Assembly: GCA_012295275.1 (NCBI GenBank)
Contig: CM022665.1
Location: 28,706,001-28,770,000, forward strand
Direction: 5' to 3'
DNA: 64,000 nt
Source of the DNA: Chrysomallon squamiferum
Taxonomy: Eukaryota > Animalia > Mollusca
The stretch's first letter is position 1, and every line of letters starts with the position of its first letter. Made by a program: the position numbers and the translations under genes. Below, in pieces: positions 37,997 to 52,787 of the stretch. Below the pieces are notes generated by a model, which was given only the letters and a program-made list of their open reading frames with translations, searched no databases and was not told where the DNA came from.

Positions 37997-39166
37997 AAAT
38001 CTATAACAACTATACATACATACGTACATAGATATCATGTATAGTAATATTTTTAGGTTTTTTTTGCTATGTCATGAAAGATGAATATTTTGCTTTAAAT
38101 GCTTTTGTATTAAGCTTTGAAATTATTTAATGAACTTTTATGTTATGTAGTCACAAAAAGACAATGGTGCAGCTGATGTCAATGTGACTTGATGATAAAT
38201 ATAAATATACTTTTCTTTCATTTACTGATGATTCAATTTGAATAATAAATCTTTTCATACAAAATAATTCTAACTCAATAAAGCAATACAGAATTTGCAA
38301 GAATAGATTCTTCAGAAATTCCATTGTATTTTTGATAGAAAGCCATTAATAAGTAATTGATTAAACAACCAAGAAAAATCAATAAACTGCAAAAGTTGCC
38401 ATCGATTTGTTTTTTTATTTCTAATATTTAAAAACAACAAACAAAATTTTAAAACAGCTGATTAAATTTAATCAAACATCAGATGTTTTTAGTTTCAATA
38501 TTTTTTTTCTTCAAAAAATTGAAATAAATAATGTATTTATCCATGTAAGTAAAAATATGTACAATTAAAAATAAAATGGAACAGTTCAGCTAGTTCAGTA
38601 TTAAAACCACTGCAATGCCTTACTGATAAATAAAAATAAATAAATAAATATCAAAGATTCTGTTTATTTTAAAAACTGTTCCCTGTTTATGAATATGAAA
38701 ATCTAAATGTATGTGAATTCTCTCCATTTAACTGGATGTTCTGACATTTCTCAAATCTGCTTATGAAAAAATATATTTATAAAATATAAATAATTCATAG
38801 CACTGTTTATTTTAAATATACATAAAATATATCACAGCAGCTTATTTAACAATTAATCTGTGCCAGACAGCACAAGTATATTAAATTTTTCTAAAAACTT
38901 ATCAGCTGAAGTCATTAAATGAAGTGAGGTCGTAAGTACTGGAAGTTTTAACTTAAAATGTTTCCTATGTGAAATTATTGTCCTATTTTCTAAAAATATA
39001 TGGAATATCAGATGATTCTGGTGTGGACATACTGTCTCTGAGATCATAAGTTTTGACATTAGTCTCAAAGTTTTATAACACAGATATCATGAAGGTTATC
39101 TTTTCCCTTTTATGAAATCTGATTTTCCTCAAAACATTTATGGAATAATAGATGAAGCTGGTGTGG

Positions 39167-40078
39167 TCACATGAGGTCATCAATTTTGATATTTTCTGAA
39201 AGTTCTATCTTATAGACATCAGGGTCAAGTGAAAGTTCTCCTTTCCCAGCTTTTTGTTCCTTTGTGATTGTGTTAAGAATTTCATCAACAAGTTGTTTAC
39301 AGGATGAGCTGAACTTAGACGTGTTCCCAGTGTCAGTTCGATTGAGCTGCGTTCGCAAAAAGTCGACCTCTCGAGCCAGTAGCTGTCTGTCTCGCTTCAC
39401 ACGACTCAACAATCCCAGTGTCTCCATCAACTGAAACAAAAAATAATAATAAAAATGATAAAGAGAAAGACTGACAGAGATCTAGGCTAAACTATTCATA
39501 TATATTACAAGTTATGTTATGTTATTATTGTTTGTTGTAATGTAGCATATTACACAAACTGCTTTATCTGCATTATCCATGTTTAGGATCTGGAACAACA
39601 AAAAAACCCTCCCCCCCAAAAAAAAACCCTACACACGACTTTATGAAAAAAAAGAAGATAAACACGAAAATTTATGCATAGCCTATAAATTTATCCATAT
39701 ATCATTATATGTAATTCTATTTTTTTTAAATGTATGCTAATATAATAAATTCATGTAATAATTCTCTATTTGAATAGAATATAAAATTATGAAACTACAA
39801 ACATTATAAATTACCCATCCATATAACAAGATTTATGTGATACAATTACTTCTTTAATTACCGAGGTCATAATGCAGAAATTTCTTGGGTTAAAAAAGTT
39901 ACCTGTTTGGCTTGCTGCTGTGCATATTCATCCATCTTTTTCAGCCTATCTTTCATTTTCTCACGAACACGGTTATGCTGGTCTTCTTGTCCTTCAAGAA
40001 CTTCCAGTCGAGCAACTGTTCTCTCAAACCTCAATTTTAGTTCTTCATACTGAGTTTTGGTTTGTCCACATTCTTTCC

Positions 40079-40115
<37 letters not shown>

Positions 40116-43100
40116 AATAAATAAATAAATAAATAGTAGTAGTAATAATAATACTAATAATAGTAATTGTAATAGTAATAAAAGTAATAATAATAGTATT
40201 AATGACATAATGATGATGACAGTAAGTTTACTGTTGTAACTACAGATGCTATCATTACCAAGAATAAATAAAAATAGTTAAAATAATCATTTACTGAACA
40301 GAAACATGGTTAATAACTGAACCTAGATTATGAAAATTCCAGTGGGATTTCAGACTAACCATTATAAACTTTTTGATAAAACTTATGTGAAGACTTTATG
40401 TAAAATTTCTTATTATTTAATTAATGTATTATATAGATATTTCATACAGAATAAAATTTTAGGTATGAATATTTAATTAAATATTTCATTTATTTAGTAT
40501 GCTAAAGACTAAAGTATAATAATAAAAATATTGCTACAATTTTTAAAAGTTACACTGACCATAAAAATGCATTTAAAAAGGTAGAAATTAGCCAGTATGG
40601 TGATTAAAATGTTAAAAGAAATAATTAAGATAATATATGCTCAGGCAGATGTGGGTTGTTATCTATTTTGGAGCTTGACAGTTACAAATAAAATATTTAA
40701 AATGAATAATATTAATTATATTGAAATCTTTTGCTGATTATCTATCCAGAAATAAAATGAAATTTGCTTAATTTTTTCATTATTCTACAATATAAAGATA
40801 ATTACCTATATTTTTTGGTGAACTTCTCAAGTTCTGCTGCCTGACGCTTACACTCATCGCGCAGTTTGAGAATTAATCGATTTTGTTTGTGTAACATTGA
40901 GTCCATCTGCTGAGTAACATGGGCTGTGAAATTTAAAGAAAATAATAACAATAAAAATTACATAAATAAATAAATAAATAAATTGTATTAATAACAATTT
41001 GTTTTAAAAATATGAAAAAGAATCAATACATATGTTGTGAATTTATTTATATTAATTAATTATCAGAATCACTATTTTGATATGTTGTTTTAAAAAAAAT
41101 ATAATTACACAGAAATGCATTTATTATATTTTTTGTGTTATTATACAACTGTTATATGCTCACTGATACATTAATATCTTTAAACATACATAATTTAAAT
41201 TCTGTTTTCAACTATCTGTACTTCTTAAACTTAAAAAGATGTGCATCATATAGCAGTAACAGTAAAATTAAAATTTAAATAATGTTTTCAAAAAGTAAAT
41301 TCAATAATCTTGTCCAAAAATGGCTGGGGCAGTAATACTGTTTTTTGTTTTTGATGACATTTAAGATTTAACAGGTACTGAAGAGGTATTAATGTGGTAC
41401 TTGTTTTACTGTCTTGTAATCAACTTACAATGCTTTTCTTCCAAGTTGTTGATGTATTCTTTGAAATGATCTTCTCTTTGCCGTGACTGTTGAATGACAA
41501 CTTTCAAGTCTTCACTGCGACCTTTTTCAATACTTTCACGAGCCATCTTGGCAAGATGTAACTATAAAACCAAACAATAAAAATAGTGGTCAATAAAACA
41601 CACAGTTGTTGTGAATAATATTATTAATGGACTGCTGGCCAGTCAGGAATATGAGTATATTTTCTGCTGAATTTTAAACAACAATAAATAATCCAAAACA
41701 TAAAAATGAGGGGGTAAAAGGAAATACTTATTGTTAAATGTTACTTATGGGAAACTGGGGACCGATGAGCCATTTTTAAGTTATTTGGCCATTTCACCCA
41801 AACTGTGACAGCTGTTGACTGAAAAATTGTTGATGCTTACACAGGCATTATTGCTCTCAATTTCAATACAGAGTTTGATAGGTTGCCTTCAATGACATTG
41901 TTATGGGAGACACTTACGTAACAGGGTCTGAGATGGCTCATTGCGCACCAGGGTAAGGGACCAATGAGCCCACCCATTAAGGTCCCATGGGCCATGATCT
42001 CAAAGAGTGAAACATGCTAGAAATAACACACATGTAAATCTTTTTTTTTTTAATTCCTTTCATAAAATTACTCAAGGTAGTCAAAAACCTACTTTTTAAC
42101 TGATGAATTGATGGACTGCTCGCTCCAAAGCTCTCTTAATAATATGGGTGAAGGTCACATGTATAGTAGTTGCATGGCAGATAGATGTATCTACCATTTT
42201 GCAGTCAGGAGTTTCTGGGGTGGCTCAAAGGTCCCCAGTTTCCCCTAACATTTAACTTCTTCTATAAACCTCTTCAGTCAAGTTTAGTGAATGTTATAAA
42301 GGTAACACACCAAGAATTAATTCATTTGTATAATGGTTTATTCAAGTTTTTGTTACCTCTCTTTCCAGTGACTGTGCATTGGTAGTAAGGAAAATACACT
42401 CTTCTTTAGTGTTAACTAGTTCTCTCTCTGCAGCATGAAGTCTCCGCCGTAGTTCATCTATTTCTGTTTTCATTCGACTTCTCTCCTAAAAAGCAAAAAA
42501 AAAAATACTTTACTGAAAAGTTTGTGACAAATATACAATTTACACCTCACAGAAGCTAATATTATTCATGTGTGTGTGTAAGTAATTTTATTAATATTTT
42601 TAATTTAATGGGGGTTTTTTCTTCAAGTAATGGCTTAATTATAGATCCTAAGTCAAGTACAACACAGATGTTTGAACAGTTAAAATGACTGTTGGCATTG
42701 TGTAAGGAAAATATAACCAGCTTTAAATCATAAAACCTGAGACTGAATCTATAATACATTAATGTGTGAAATGGTTTTTTAATTTAATAACATATCGTAA
42801 GAAAGACTTTATTAATGAAGGTCATTCTTCTCAAAAAGAATATTTTACTTTTCTTTACCAGAGAAACATAATTTCTTTTTACATAAATAATAAACAACAA
42901 CAACAACAAAAAGAATACCGTATATACTTGTGTATAAGTCGAATTTTTGGGAGACTATATTAAGGTAATATTTTGGGGTCGACTTATACATAGGTAATGC
43001 TTTTGTAGCTGTTGCTGAAGAGTCGCCATTTTGACTATTTTTTGCTACGGGATGCATCTAAAATAATCGTGGTCTTTCAGCTTTTCAAAAATATAATTTT

Positions 43101-46100
43101 ATTGTAAAAAAAAATTTTGAAAAATTAAATAACAAAGCCAAATATGAATGTAAAACATGATATTCTTCCGTTTAATGACATAAAAATACATTTTAAAGCG
43201 AGAAAACCGTCAGTACGGCGTTATGCCTTACAGTGTCTTGCAATGATCTAGGAATGCAGACTTCTCTGCCAAATTGCACTAAATATCGGTCCTAATTTCA
43301 TAAACAAAACTCACTTGTTTAATTGTAAAGAATTTGGTGAAATAATATTGCAATCGTCATTAATATCCACTACCGACAAATTTTGTAAATCACAGAATAG
43401 CTAAATATAACGGTAAGTTAGGTCTCCATGTTAGACCTATTACATTAAAGAGATACTATTTATGATACATTTAGGCTATAGCTCGTGTAATACATGCATT
43501 TACGTTATTATGGTATGTTCGTGCAAGTTACAGCTCGTGCAAGTTATGTTACAGGAGGCGTACAATGTAGGCCTTCATGGCACTGTCACACTGGTCTAAA
43601 AATAGTGACGGTGCCTGGAATCTACAGTCGACTTATACACAAGTAATACCTAAAATGACGCAATTTTTGGTCTTAAAATACACATCGACTTATACATAAG
43701 GTCGCCTTGTACACAAGTATATACGGTAATAATAATAATAATATAAAATAAATTTATAAAAATTAAATCTAAAAATAACTAAAGGCTATAAAAATCAAAT
43801 CAGAATCCTATTTCAAGATAAACACATTACTAAAGAGGAACAATTTGTTATAAAAACCTGATCTTTCTCTCTGTACAGGTTATCAAGCTCTGTACGTAAC
43901 TGGTGAGCTGTCTGGACTGCAGTCTGTCTCTGTAGTGAAGCATTTGTTGTTTCCTGACGAAAAGTCTGAGAAGTCTGAAAATGAAAACAAAATCTTAAAA
44001 AAAAAGGAAAATTTTATAGTCCATGGTTAACTTCATGATGAAGTAATGTCAGAATCTGTATTTTAAAACACAAATCCCCTAAAAAGAAGGAAACAAAACA
44101 TTAAAGTATGGTTAATTCATGAACTGCTTTAATATCAAATAGACATATTTGATTAAATATGGGTATGTAATATTTATAAGACATTTAATCTTCCTATTGT
44201 TATAACAGATTGGAGGAAAGCCAATAGAAACATGAACAAGAACTGAAAAAAGTTCAGCCGACTTGGTTAATTTAACACTGCTCCAAAAAATTATAAAATC
44301 TTTTTATTATAGAAATTTGAAAAAAATCCAACACACAAAACCTACAAAATATACATACTCAGAGAGAAGTAAATACATCAGTGTAATTGGACACTCACCA
44401 CTGTTGCTTCTTTTGTGTGTAATCTGAGTTCAGCTTTCACTTCATCAAGTTCATTAGACAGTGCAACCTTCTCTCTTGTAATCTTTTCCAAATGACTTTC
44501 GACAACAGCAAACTTCTGCATGGATTCTTTTAACTAATTTATATTTTTAAAAATAATAAAAATTGTAAATAATTGCATATCACACAAACTACATCATTTT
44601 AAAAATTCAGCCAGTATTTCTTGTATGGCATCTTAGAAAACTGATACAGCTCAGTAGCTAGACTGACTGACTAGATGAAATAACACCAATGATCAATCCT
44701 TTTTAATCACCCATCCATGTAACAAGATTTTGTGATACAATTACTTCTTTAATTCTAGCCTTGGATCAAAACTGGTTTGTTTAAGACTATGCTACAGGAT
44801 TTCCTGCTAATGGAAACCCAGTGGCTGCTGACAAGACTAAGCCAAGGAGAAGTAATGTTTTCCTCTCTCCTATTGTCATAACACAAGAAACACATTAAAC
44901 GTTAATGCTAAAATGTATTAAGGTGTGTTCAGATTACCAGTTTGGTATCTTAATTATTTTTGTTTTTGAAAAAATATTAGAAGAAATTTTCACAAAAACA
45001 TTTTTATTATTTCTTCCAGCTGGCATTTCATTTTCTGTCTGAATTACAAATAACTTGTAGTCAGTTTGTTTAATTTACATATATATATATAGCTTAAAAC
45101 ACTGAAAATACAAGAAATGGTTTATATTTACAATCTATTTTATTTTTATACTTTGACCAATACATACACAGTCATCTTTTAAATTAATAATTTACCTTAT
45201 TGTTAAGATCATCCAAGAGAAATTTCATCTCTCCACGAGCAGATTCACGTTCCAGTTGTATTTTGTTCTGAGTTTCCATGACATGCGCTTCAAATCTTTG
45301 CCTCATATTTCCCAGTTCCTCAGCCAGTTGTTCCTTCTGAACCATTGCCTGCATTAAAACATCATATTAGTTATACTCTTTTATTTACATTTTAAAGAAT
45401 GTTACCTTTCTGAGTTCTGATTTAAACTGTTGGAAACAAAACCTAACACATACCAAACATATTCAGAAGTAATCATTTTACCATTAGATTAATAAATTAT
45501 GACATTCATGAGCCATTTCAGTTATATTTAAAATATGTCTAATAATATTAATATCTGTTTAAAAAATATTTGTTTTCTTAATAGACTGAGTGTTTTGAAG
45601 AAATCTTGTTATATTTCAAGAATGAGGATGACTTTCAGTTAAAATGTGAACAATTAAATAAATAATTGATGATCAGGAGCAGTCTTAGTTTTTATTAAAG
45701 TAAGCATACTTTAAAATATAAAGTAACGAAGAAGTTATTTCTTAACTGTTTTGGACAGTTTAAGAGAAAAACCAATATACCTGTTATAAAACAAAAACCA
45801 ACATATCTGTTATAAAACAGAAATAAAAAAACACAAACCAACCTGTGTCTGCTCCAGCTGAGACTGCTCCACTAACTCAATACCTTTCTTCATCTGAACG
45901 TAGAGTTCCTCTTCTCTCTGTGCCATCTCTCGAAGTCTCAGTTTTGTGCTAGTCAGCTGATCCATCACTTCATCGCGTTCTCTACAATTAAATACACATA
46001 CAAAAAACATAGAAATATCTAATTATCATATCATGGTTATTTTTCACTATTATATGCTGCACCAACTTTTCATCTACAAGTGAATACAAATCTAATCTAA

Positions 46101-49100
46101 CTATATTATGTTATTTGAATAGTTGACAGTAAGTAAAAAGGTGGTGTTAACTGTTGCAGGAACTAAATACTCCTTAATGCTTAATGACATACTTTCGAAT
46201 TTTAGTTTAAAAAAAAAAAAAACAGTTACCCCCCCCTTACTGACAAAAAAATAAAAAATAAATAAATTAAATAAAATAATAATAAGTCCCATATATTTAT
46301 TATCAGATTTTGGTCATTAATCTTCTTCAGTTTCATTATCAAAAAAAGGATACAAATTAGCAGTTTATCTGTTCCTACATCTAGTGATTACTTTTTACAA
46401 TAATCAAACCACAGCTTATTATCAGTTAGTTTGCATAAAAATGATTTAATTATAATTTTCAAAAAGAGTCTATTCACTTAGAAACAATTTCAGTAAAAAA
46501 AGAATTAATTAAGGTTTCAGATAGGGATAGGCTAAAAGCAAATTGTTTAATTACAATCACAAGTGGAGACAGTTTAAATCAGTCCCGTTAAATCACATCA
46601 GAATGGTGATAAATAGGTTTTATTCTCTAAATTGGTCTAAGTACACATTACTTGGTTAGTCTATCAATTATCTGCTGATAGGAATTCCTCTGTGACCCAG
46701 TCACTGTCAAATCAGCAGCAGAAAGTCCATTTTCTCGTGTTGGAATTGAGTCCTGCATTCGTAGCTGTGACTTCAAATCTGCAACAATCTTTTCATATTT
46801 TGCTATCTCTGACCTGTCATTGTGAGAAAATGAATTTTAAATAACAGTCAAACAAAACGTCAACACATTACCAAAATTTTGCTGGTTTGAGCAGAAAGTC
46901 TAAATATATTATGATTTAAAATTGTTTCATTAGTTTTAGATACCTGATGTAAAATTAGCTAATCTTCAGGTTAAAAAGGACTAATGTCAGCATTTATTTG
47001 TCATGATAAAAAAGGGAAAAAAATGTCAGCATCAATTATATCATCCTGTTTTATATTAACAAAGGACAATATCCATCAGAAAAACAAACAAACAAAAAAA
47101 CCCATTTTACAACAGAATTAAAATAGACAAAGTCAGTTTTTATTATAAATAATCTAAAGACTTCTGTTTTTCAAAACATTAATTTACTTTTATATTCTGT
47201 TATATTATTATGCATCACTTGTTTATATAATACTGTATATTTTATTGTGAAACAATAAACAAAGGTTTTATTATTATTTGTTGTAAAATAAAAGATAAAT
47301 GTGGTCAAGAGAAACTGAAGAAATAGAAATGTGTGTTTTTCTGATACAATAAGTTCTACAGTTTGTTATATTTTATGCGCAAACAACTGTTTTAAAACAT
47401 ACTTTTGACCTATGATAATTATTTATGTATAAATAAAGACTTCTTCAAAAGATATATAAATATACTTACTTTGCATAGGATAACTCTGACTCAAGACGTT
47501 CTGTTTTGGTTGCATGCAGTGAACTTAATCTTTCCTGAGGAAAAACAAATTAACTATTTAAACTACTGTATATTATTAGAGTAAAATCTTTGTTTACATT
47601 TAATCCTAATACTTAAATGGTTAACTTAACTGACATTTGCAAGCTTTTATACAGTTTTACATACTCTTAATTATTTTAAATGCTAATAATCAGTATATTG
47701 TTTACACTATTATGTAGATACATTTAATTATTTTAAATGAGCAGTCTATATTGTTTACAGTATTGTCTGTCCCTCTCTATTGTCTGTCTGTCTGTCTATC
47801 TAGTGTGTGCATGTATGTATATATGTTTGTAAGTAAGTCCTTACATTGTCAATCTATACTGGTATTAATTTTGGTAACTTTAAATTATATACACCATTAT
47901 TTAATTCATTTTAACTGAAATTATTATTTTACCACCCATAGTTGTTATATTTCACTGATCACTTACTTTGTAAACAAACCAAAAATATTTATAACAAATT
48001 TTGAATAATAAAAATCTATTTACATATACAACAACTAAATATATTGTAAATACATCACAGTGAATGGTAATATAATTCAATACTGCTTTATTAGCATTTC
48101 TAAAATCTCATGTGAATACTGAAAAGTCTGTGATTAAACAGGACTGACTCACAAGTTCCACCTGCCACCTCTTGAAATCATGTCTGTTCATTGTCGGATT
48201 AATGGCAACACTTAAAGCCTCATCCAGACATGATACATCCTGTAGAAAATTATTCATATTTATTTTCAATAATCAGTAGTATAAAGAAATTATTATTATT
48301 ATTATTATGTTGTTGTTATTGTTGTTGTTCTTGCTGTTTTAAGGTAAAAAGCAAAAAAAAAAAAAAAAAAAGTTATTCTTCCAGCAGCAACTTTTGGAGT
48401 CACTGATGTCATGGAATATATTGTTAAGGCATATCTATCACTAAACAAAATTGTTTCACTAAAAATTATATTTAAAAATCCTCAACACCAACAAATAAAT
48501 ATTAACAGTGAATATTTAGTAAAATAAATAAATAAAATACTAAAAAGAAATCAGTATGAAAGTATTTTCCATGGTGATTGTAAATTTTTATGCAAACATA
48601 AATAATGTGTATAAATGATAAAAGAAATTTACCTTTAACAGATCAGCACCTTCACTAAGTATCTCATGAACCACAGTGGTTTTCAACTCGTTGTGTAGCT
48701 GGTTATTTTCTTGTATGATCTCTGTCATTTTCATCCTAATAACTGCCATTTCTTCCTAGAAATTAGCAAGGAAATCACTGAAACTAGGTTTAATTTAGAT
48801 TCACAAAACAAAACCACAGATACAATCAAAACTATATTAATGCAGAATTTAGCCATCAGAATATATTATTTATAGTTTTGAGCTGGCACTGAATGTGTAT
48901 ATCAGTGATGTATATAAAAGCCTGCGTGTTTGACATATCCTTTCTTTAATTTATTAAAGGGAATACTTATGTATGTATTGCAAGAATTTGAATATTTGAA
49001 GAAAAAAGTAAAAACAAAAACAATATAAATAAATTAATATATATATATATGTATGTAATTCATAATCTGAATAATTCAAAAGGTCGCGAAAATAAACATG

Positions 49101-51522
49101 TTTGTTAGCTTTTTTAAATAATATTTTATTATATGAACTGTGCGGTGGTATATTTAGTGAATATTACAACAAAAATACATTTACTGAATAATACATCAAA
49201 GAACATAAAAAGGAATTTGACATACATATATAAAGATATATTATCTGGCAATTAACCTTGATATATCGGTTTTCCGCTTCCAATTGTTGTATGTAGGAAG
49301 AATAATGCTTTACATTAGCTGCTGCCTCCTCAAGTGTGGGTAAAGGTCCAGGTGGTTTAGAAGGAAATGCCTCAACTGGTGCAGGAGGCTGAAATTATAA
49401 AGAAGAGAAACAAAAAAACAAGCTATTAATTAACTAAATAATGTGATTATATCTGTTAGCATTAGTCATGAAAAAAAATAAAATAAAATAAAAAAAATAA
49501 AATAAAATTATAATAATAATAAAAAAATAAAATAAAATAAAATAAAATAAAATAAAATCACCCAGAAACAAAATCCCGAAACAACAGAGCTCTATTATTC
49601 AGATATGCCACTTAACTGTTCATTATTATTTTAATCAAACAAATATATTTACTGTTATTGAAACCAAAGTAAATATAATATGTCAACAACATTTTACATC
49701 ATTGATATCATTATGGATGATCCATGTTATTTTTTTTTTAATGTTAAAACAATATATGCATGTGCATCTATTTAAAGAGGAAAAACAAAACATATAATAT
49801 GTTTACTGTGAAAAGTTTTATAATTTTTATAACAGTAAAATGTTTTGACTTTTTGATCAACAGTCATGAATACTCTTACACACTGTGCTGTATGTAAACA
49901 CAAAGTCATACCGCATCAGCTGGAGGTGACAATAGAGATCTGAGGTGGCTGGCAGCATCAGAATATGTTTGTGGCCGCCTGTCATCTTGGTAGGTAAGAA
50001 TTCTAGGATGGACTGAACGAGTAAGTTCTTCCTTGACATTATGGGCAGATACTGAGTCAGGACGAGTCCTGAAAGTATCTTTTAGGTTCTTTAAACTTTC
50101 GTTAGCTCTATCTAAAAAACAAATACACATGTTAACAACAACAACAACAATCATAATGATGATAATAATAACAGGAAGCAGAAGAAGAAGGCAGAAAAGA
50201 ATGATAAATGCAAAGAATCATGTATAAAAATTGTATTTAATAGCAGTTGCTGCTTACATCTTTTGTTAATTTTTAAGACATTTACATTATTCATTTATTG
50301 GATAGTATTTCTTGTGTGCACACTATATACAACTGACTGAAAAGTGTTAGTTTCATCTGTGATTTAGATCAAAATATTAAAATATTACACATTTTTATGT
50401 AACTTTCAATAAAATATAAAGTTTTCTTGATTATTCTTAATATCATAAACACAATTTTTTTCTGAATTTTGAATTTTATTACTGAGATGTGGACTATAGC
50501 TCTATCACTTGCCCAGGCAATCTCACCATGTGCAAAATCACCATACATTTTTTGTGCAAGTAGGAGCTGTTTAAAATGTCTGTCATTAAAATGCATCAAT
50601 GTATTAATATGCTTAGGTGTGATGACCTCCTGTCATGAAACTGCTGTTATGATCAAGAGTCAGTAAGCCTAAATGTTGTATTGTCTGTGTGTCTATGTGT
50701 GTCTGGAATGTGATTAGATGTGATTAATAATTTAACATTTTATCATTAGCAATAAAATATAAAACATCTTCCCCCAAATTCGCATTTGAATAAATACATA
50801 CTTTGTGATAAAATGTATTTAAGAATAGCTGTTGATAATGCCTTAATGGTGTTTTTCTTTTTTATCTTATATATATATATAAAACAATTTTTTTTATTTT
50901 ATATATATATTTTTTATTCTTTTATGGAGTTAATTCTAATATGAATCAACAAGTGCCACAAATGATTTTTCAGATTCTGTGAAAATGTATGGGTAATCAG
51001 TGGCTACTAATTGAAAAATAATAACAGTAATATTAATTTGCATTTTTAAAAAAAACTGATTTATTGATTAATTTTTGTATAGGTACCACTATCTAACCAT
51101 ACTTAGAATGGTTCAATGGATTTACAAGATTTGGCTATGTAGCTATAGCCACTAATGCCTAAACTTTAATATTATTAATTTATTACAATATGATGAATAT
51201 AATCAATTATGATTCAATATCTTGAACATTACGTTTTAACTGTGGTCGCAATAATTAATTTAATGATTAAATAGTGCATATTAATTGACTGAGTTTAATT
51301 AATCAACATAATGAATGTCAAATCTGGAGAAGTTATAATATTACTATATTATACGTGATTGAATTATGTGTTTGGGCATGAAACTGAAAATGATCAAAAA
51401 CTGCTGATAAAGTTTCTAGACCGCTAAATAAATTACACTGTAAATTTAAATAATTTACCTCTGACACATCGTTGATAACCTTCAATGGCATCTTCTTTTC
51501 CATACTCATTAAAATAATACAT
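39167..51522 (-). CDS. SDCCAG8: Serologically defined colon cancer antigen 8 homologue (centrosomal/ciliary coiled-coil protein), ~731 aa, 16 exons
   Basis: Phase-consistent exons: 51522-51459, 50111-49912, 49388-49257, 48755-48633, 48239-48153, 47534-47470, 46813-46652, 45981-45843, 45348-45196, 44533-44399, 43974-43858, 42485-42357, 41561-41429, 40923-40806, 40077-39903, 39430-39167 (2196 nt). YQRCVRDRANESL, LPTL..SYIQQLEAENRYIKEEM, ERDEVM, KEEC, KLRDEC and RDRQLLAREVDFLRTQL match SDCCAG8 as I recall it (YQRSLREHA, QYIHHLEAEVKFCKEEL); coiled coil throughout. Confidence 0.9.
41748..42245. mobile_element. TA-flanked MITE (pogo/Fot1-like termini)
   Basis: TA|TGGGAAACTGGGGACCGATGAGCCA ... TGGCTCAAAGGTCCCCAGTTTCCCC|TA, with an internal GGGACCAATGAGCC subterminal copy. 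Confidence 0.75.
42918..43726. mobile_element. Tc2/pogo-like non-autonomous DNA transposon
   Basis: TA|CCGTATATACTTGTGTATAAGTCGA ... TCGCCTTGTACACAAGTATATACGG|TA, with repeated subterminal GTCGACTTATAC motifs. Confidence 0.85.
44640..44910 (+). mobile_element. Degenerate tRNA-derived SINE; a second fragment lies at ~39811-39860
   Basis: A-box-like CAGCTCAGTAG and B-box-like GATCAATCC; the core ACCCATCCATRTAACAAGATTT..GTGATACAATTACTTCTTTAATT is shared with 39811-39860. Confidence 0.55.
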
Positions 51523-51559
51523 TATGACAATAGAAAATTTGTCAAATGTACTAAGCTTT

Positions 51560-52120
51560 TATTTGTTTGTAACGTAAAACAACTCATCGGCGATACACCG
51601 GAAGTTTACATGGCTTTCAATGCCGAGCATGCGTCGTTCAATTATTGCTGTTCGTTGTGTTATGTATACGACAGAATCTACATGACACTGTTTAATTATG
51701 ATGAATTAAATTAATCTTTACATGACATATTAAGAGAGTGAGAGTGAAAAAATAAAATATTATAACATATCAGAGTAATAAAGAAAAACTATTATACGAA
51801 CAGCAATTGAAACAAATATCACTAACATTTACATGTTGTTTTTTTTTAATTGTAGATGTTTGAGTACTTTAAAAATATCATCTTAAGCGTTAAATAATAT
51901 AAGTTCTGTATTTAAGGCAAATGTACAAAGACACTGTCAAAGTAACATTTATTAATTGTTTAACAGTTTGTATGACTGGAGAATATGAAACTAATGATCA
52001 TCCGAGAGAGTCGATTTTCAAATTAGCATTGGTTGTTTGGGAACTATGACGTGTTACTTTTCTAAAAATAAAACTTAGCGGATCGTTGCTTTACTATTTG
52101 AGGCGGGGGTAACCTCAAAC
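51560..52120. promoter_or_regulatory. Probable bidirectional promoter between SDCCAG8 and a plus-strand gene
   Basis: ETS/GABP core CCGGAAGT at 51598-51605, GCATGCG at ~51627, ATTGG (CCAAT) at ~52028 and TGACGT at ~52047, in two CpG-containing patches. Confidence 0.5.
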
Positions 52121-52228
52121 GCTGTAATCTCGTGCAGTACCGAAGTCCTCGTGCTAATACATTCATGTAGGGCTTGTGTATTGATATAGGTGTCATTAGT
52201 GGTTGGCTTTTGGAACACAATGGATGAG
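52100..52228 (+). other. Probable first exon of an unidentified plus-strand gene (possibly coding M-D-E)
   Basis: ACAATGGATGAG|GTAAGT: ATG in good context (52220) followed by a near-perfect donor at 52229; no convincing downstream coding exon found before 64000. 5' boundary approximate. Confidence 0.5.
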
Positions 52229-52715
52229 GTAAGTGCATAAACTGAATGCAGAGCTATAGCTTTAACATAACTACACTCTCAATACTATTGTTTGTTTACA
52301 AATCTATATTTTTTTATGATGTATATGCATATTATAATTTTAATATAACTACAAGCTTCATTGAACGTTGAACTTCAAGTTTAGGACAACATACTTACGA
52401 TAAGAAGAGATGCTGGCATTTATGTGCTAGTCGATTGACATAGGTTAATATTAATTGACAGTGATAGTATATTAATAGCTTTTATTTATTTATATAAATT
52501 GAAATATTTGCTCATGATAGATTTTAAATTTTATTTCCAGTACTGGAATTCCATAGTTGTTTGCAATGAATTCAGTTTAATACAGTATTAAAGCATTTAC
52601 TTACTTCATGATTTTCACAATTTGTATAGATAATTCCAACAGTAATCAGAAAATGTAACCATCTATGTTTGCATTTTGTCATTACAAAAAATCAGTCTCA
52701 TATATAAACATCTGG

Positions 52716-52718
<3 letters not shown>

Positions 52719-52785
<67 letters not shown>
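52719..52785. repeat. (TG)n microsatellite
   Basis: Direct reading. Confidence 0.95.

Positions 52786-52787
<2 letters not shown>

Noticed and set aside
44643-44700. tRNA gene
   Set aside because: Only degenerate A/B boxes, no cloverleaf, and it continues into a repeated SINE body.
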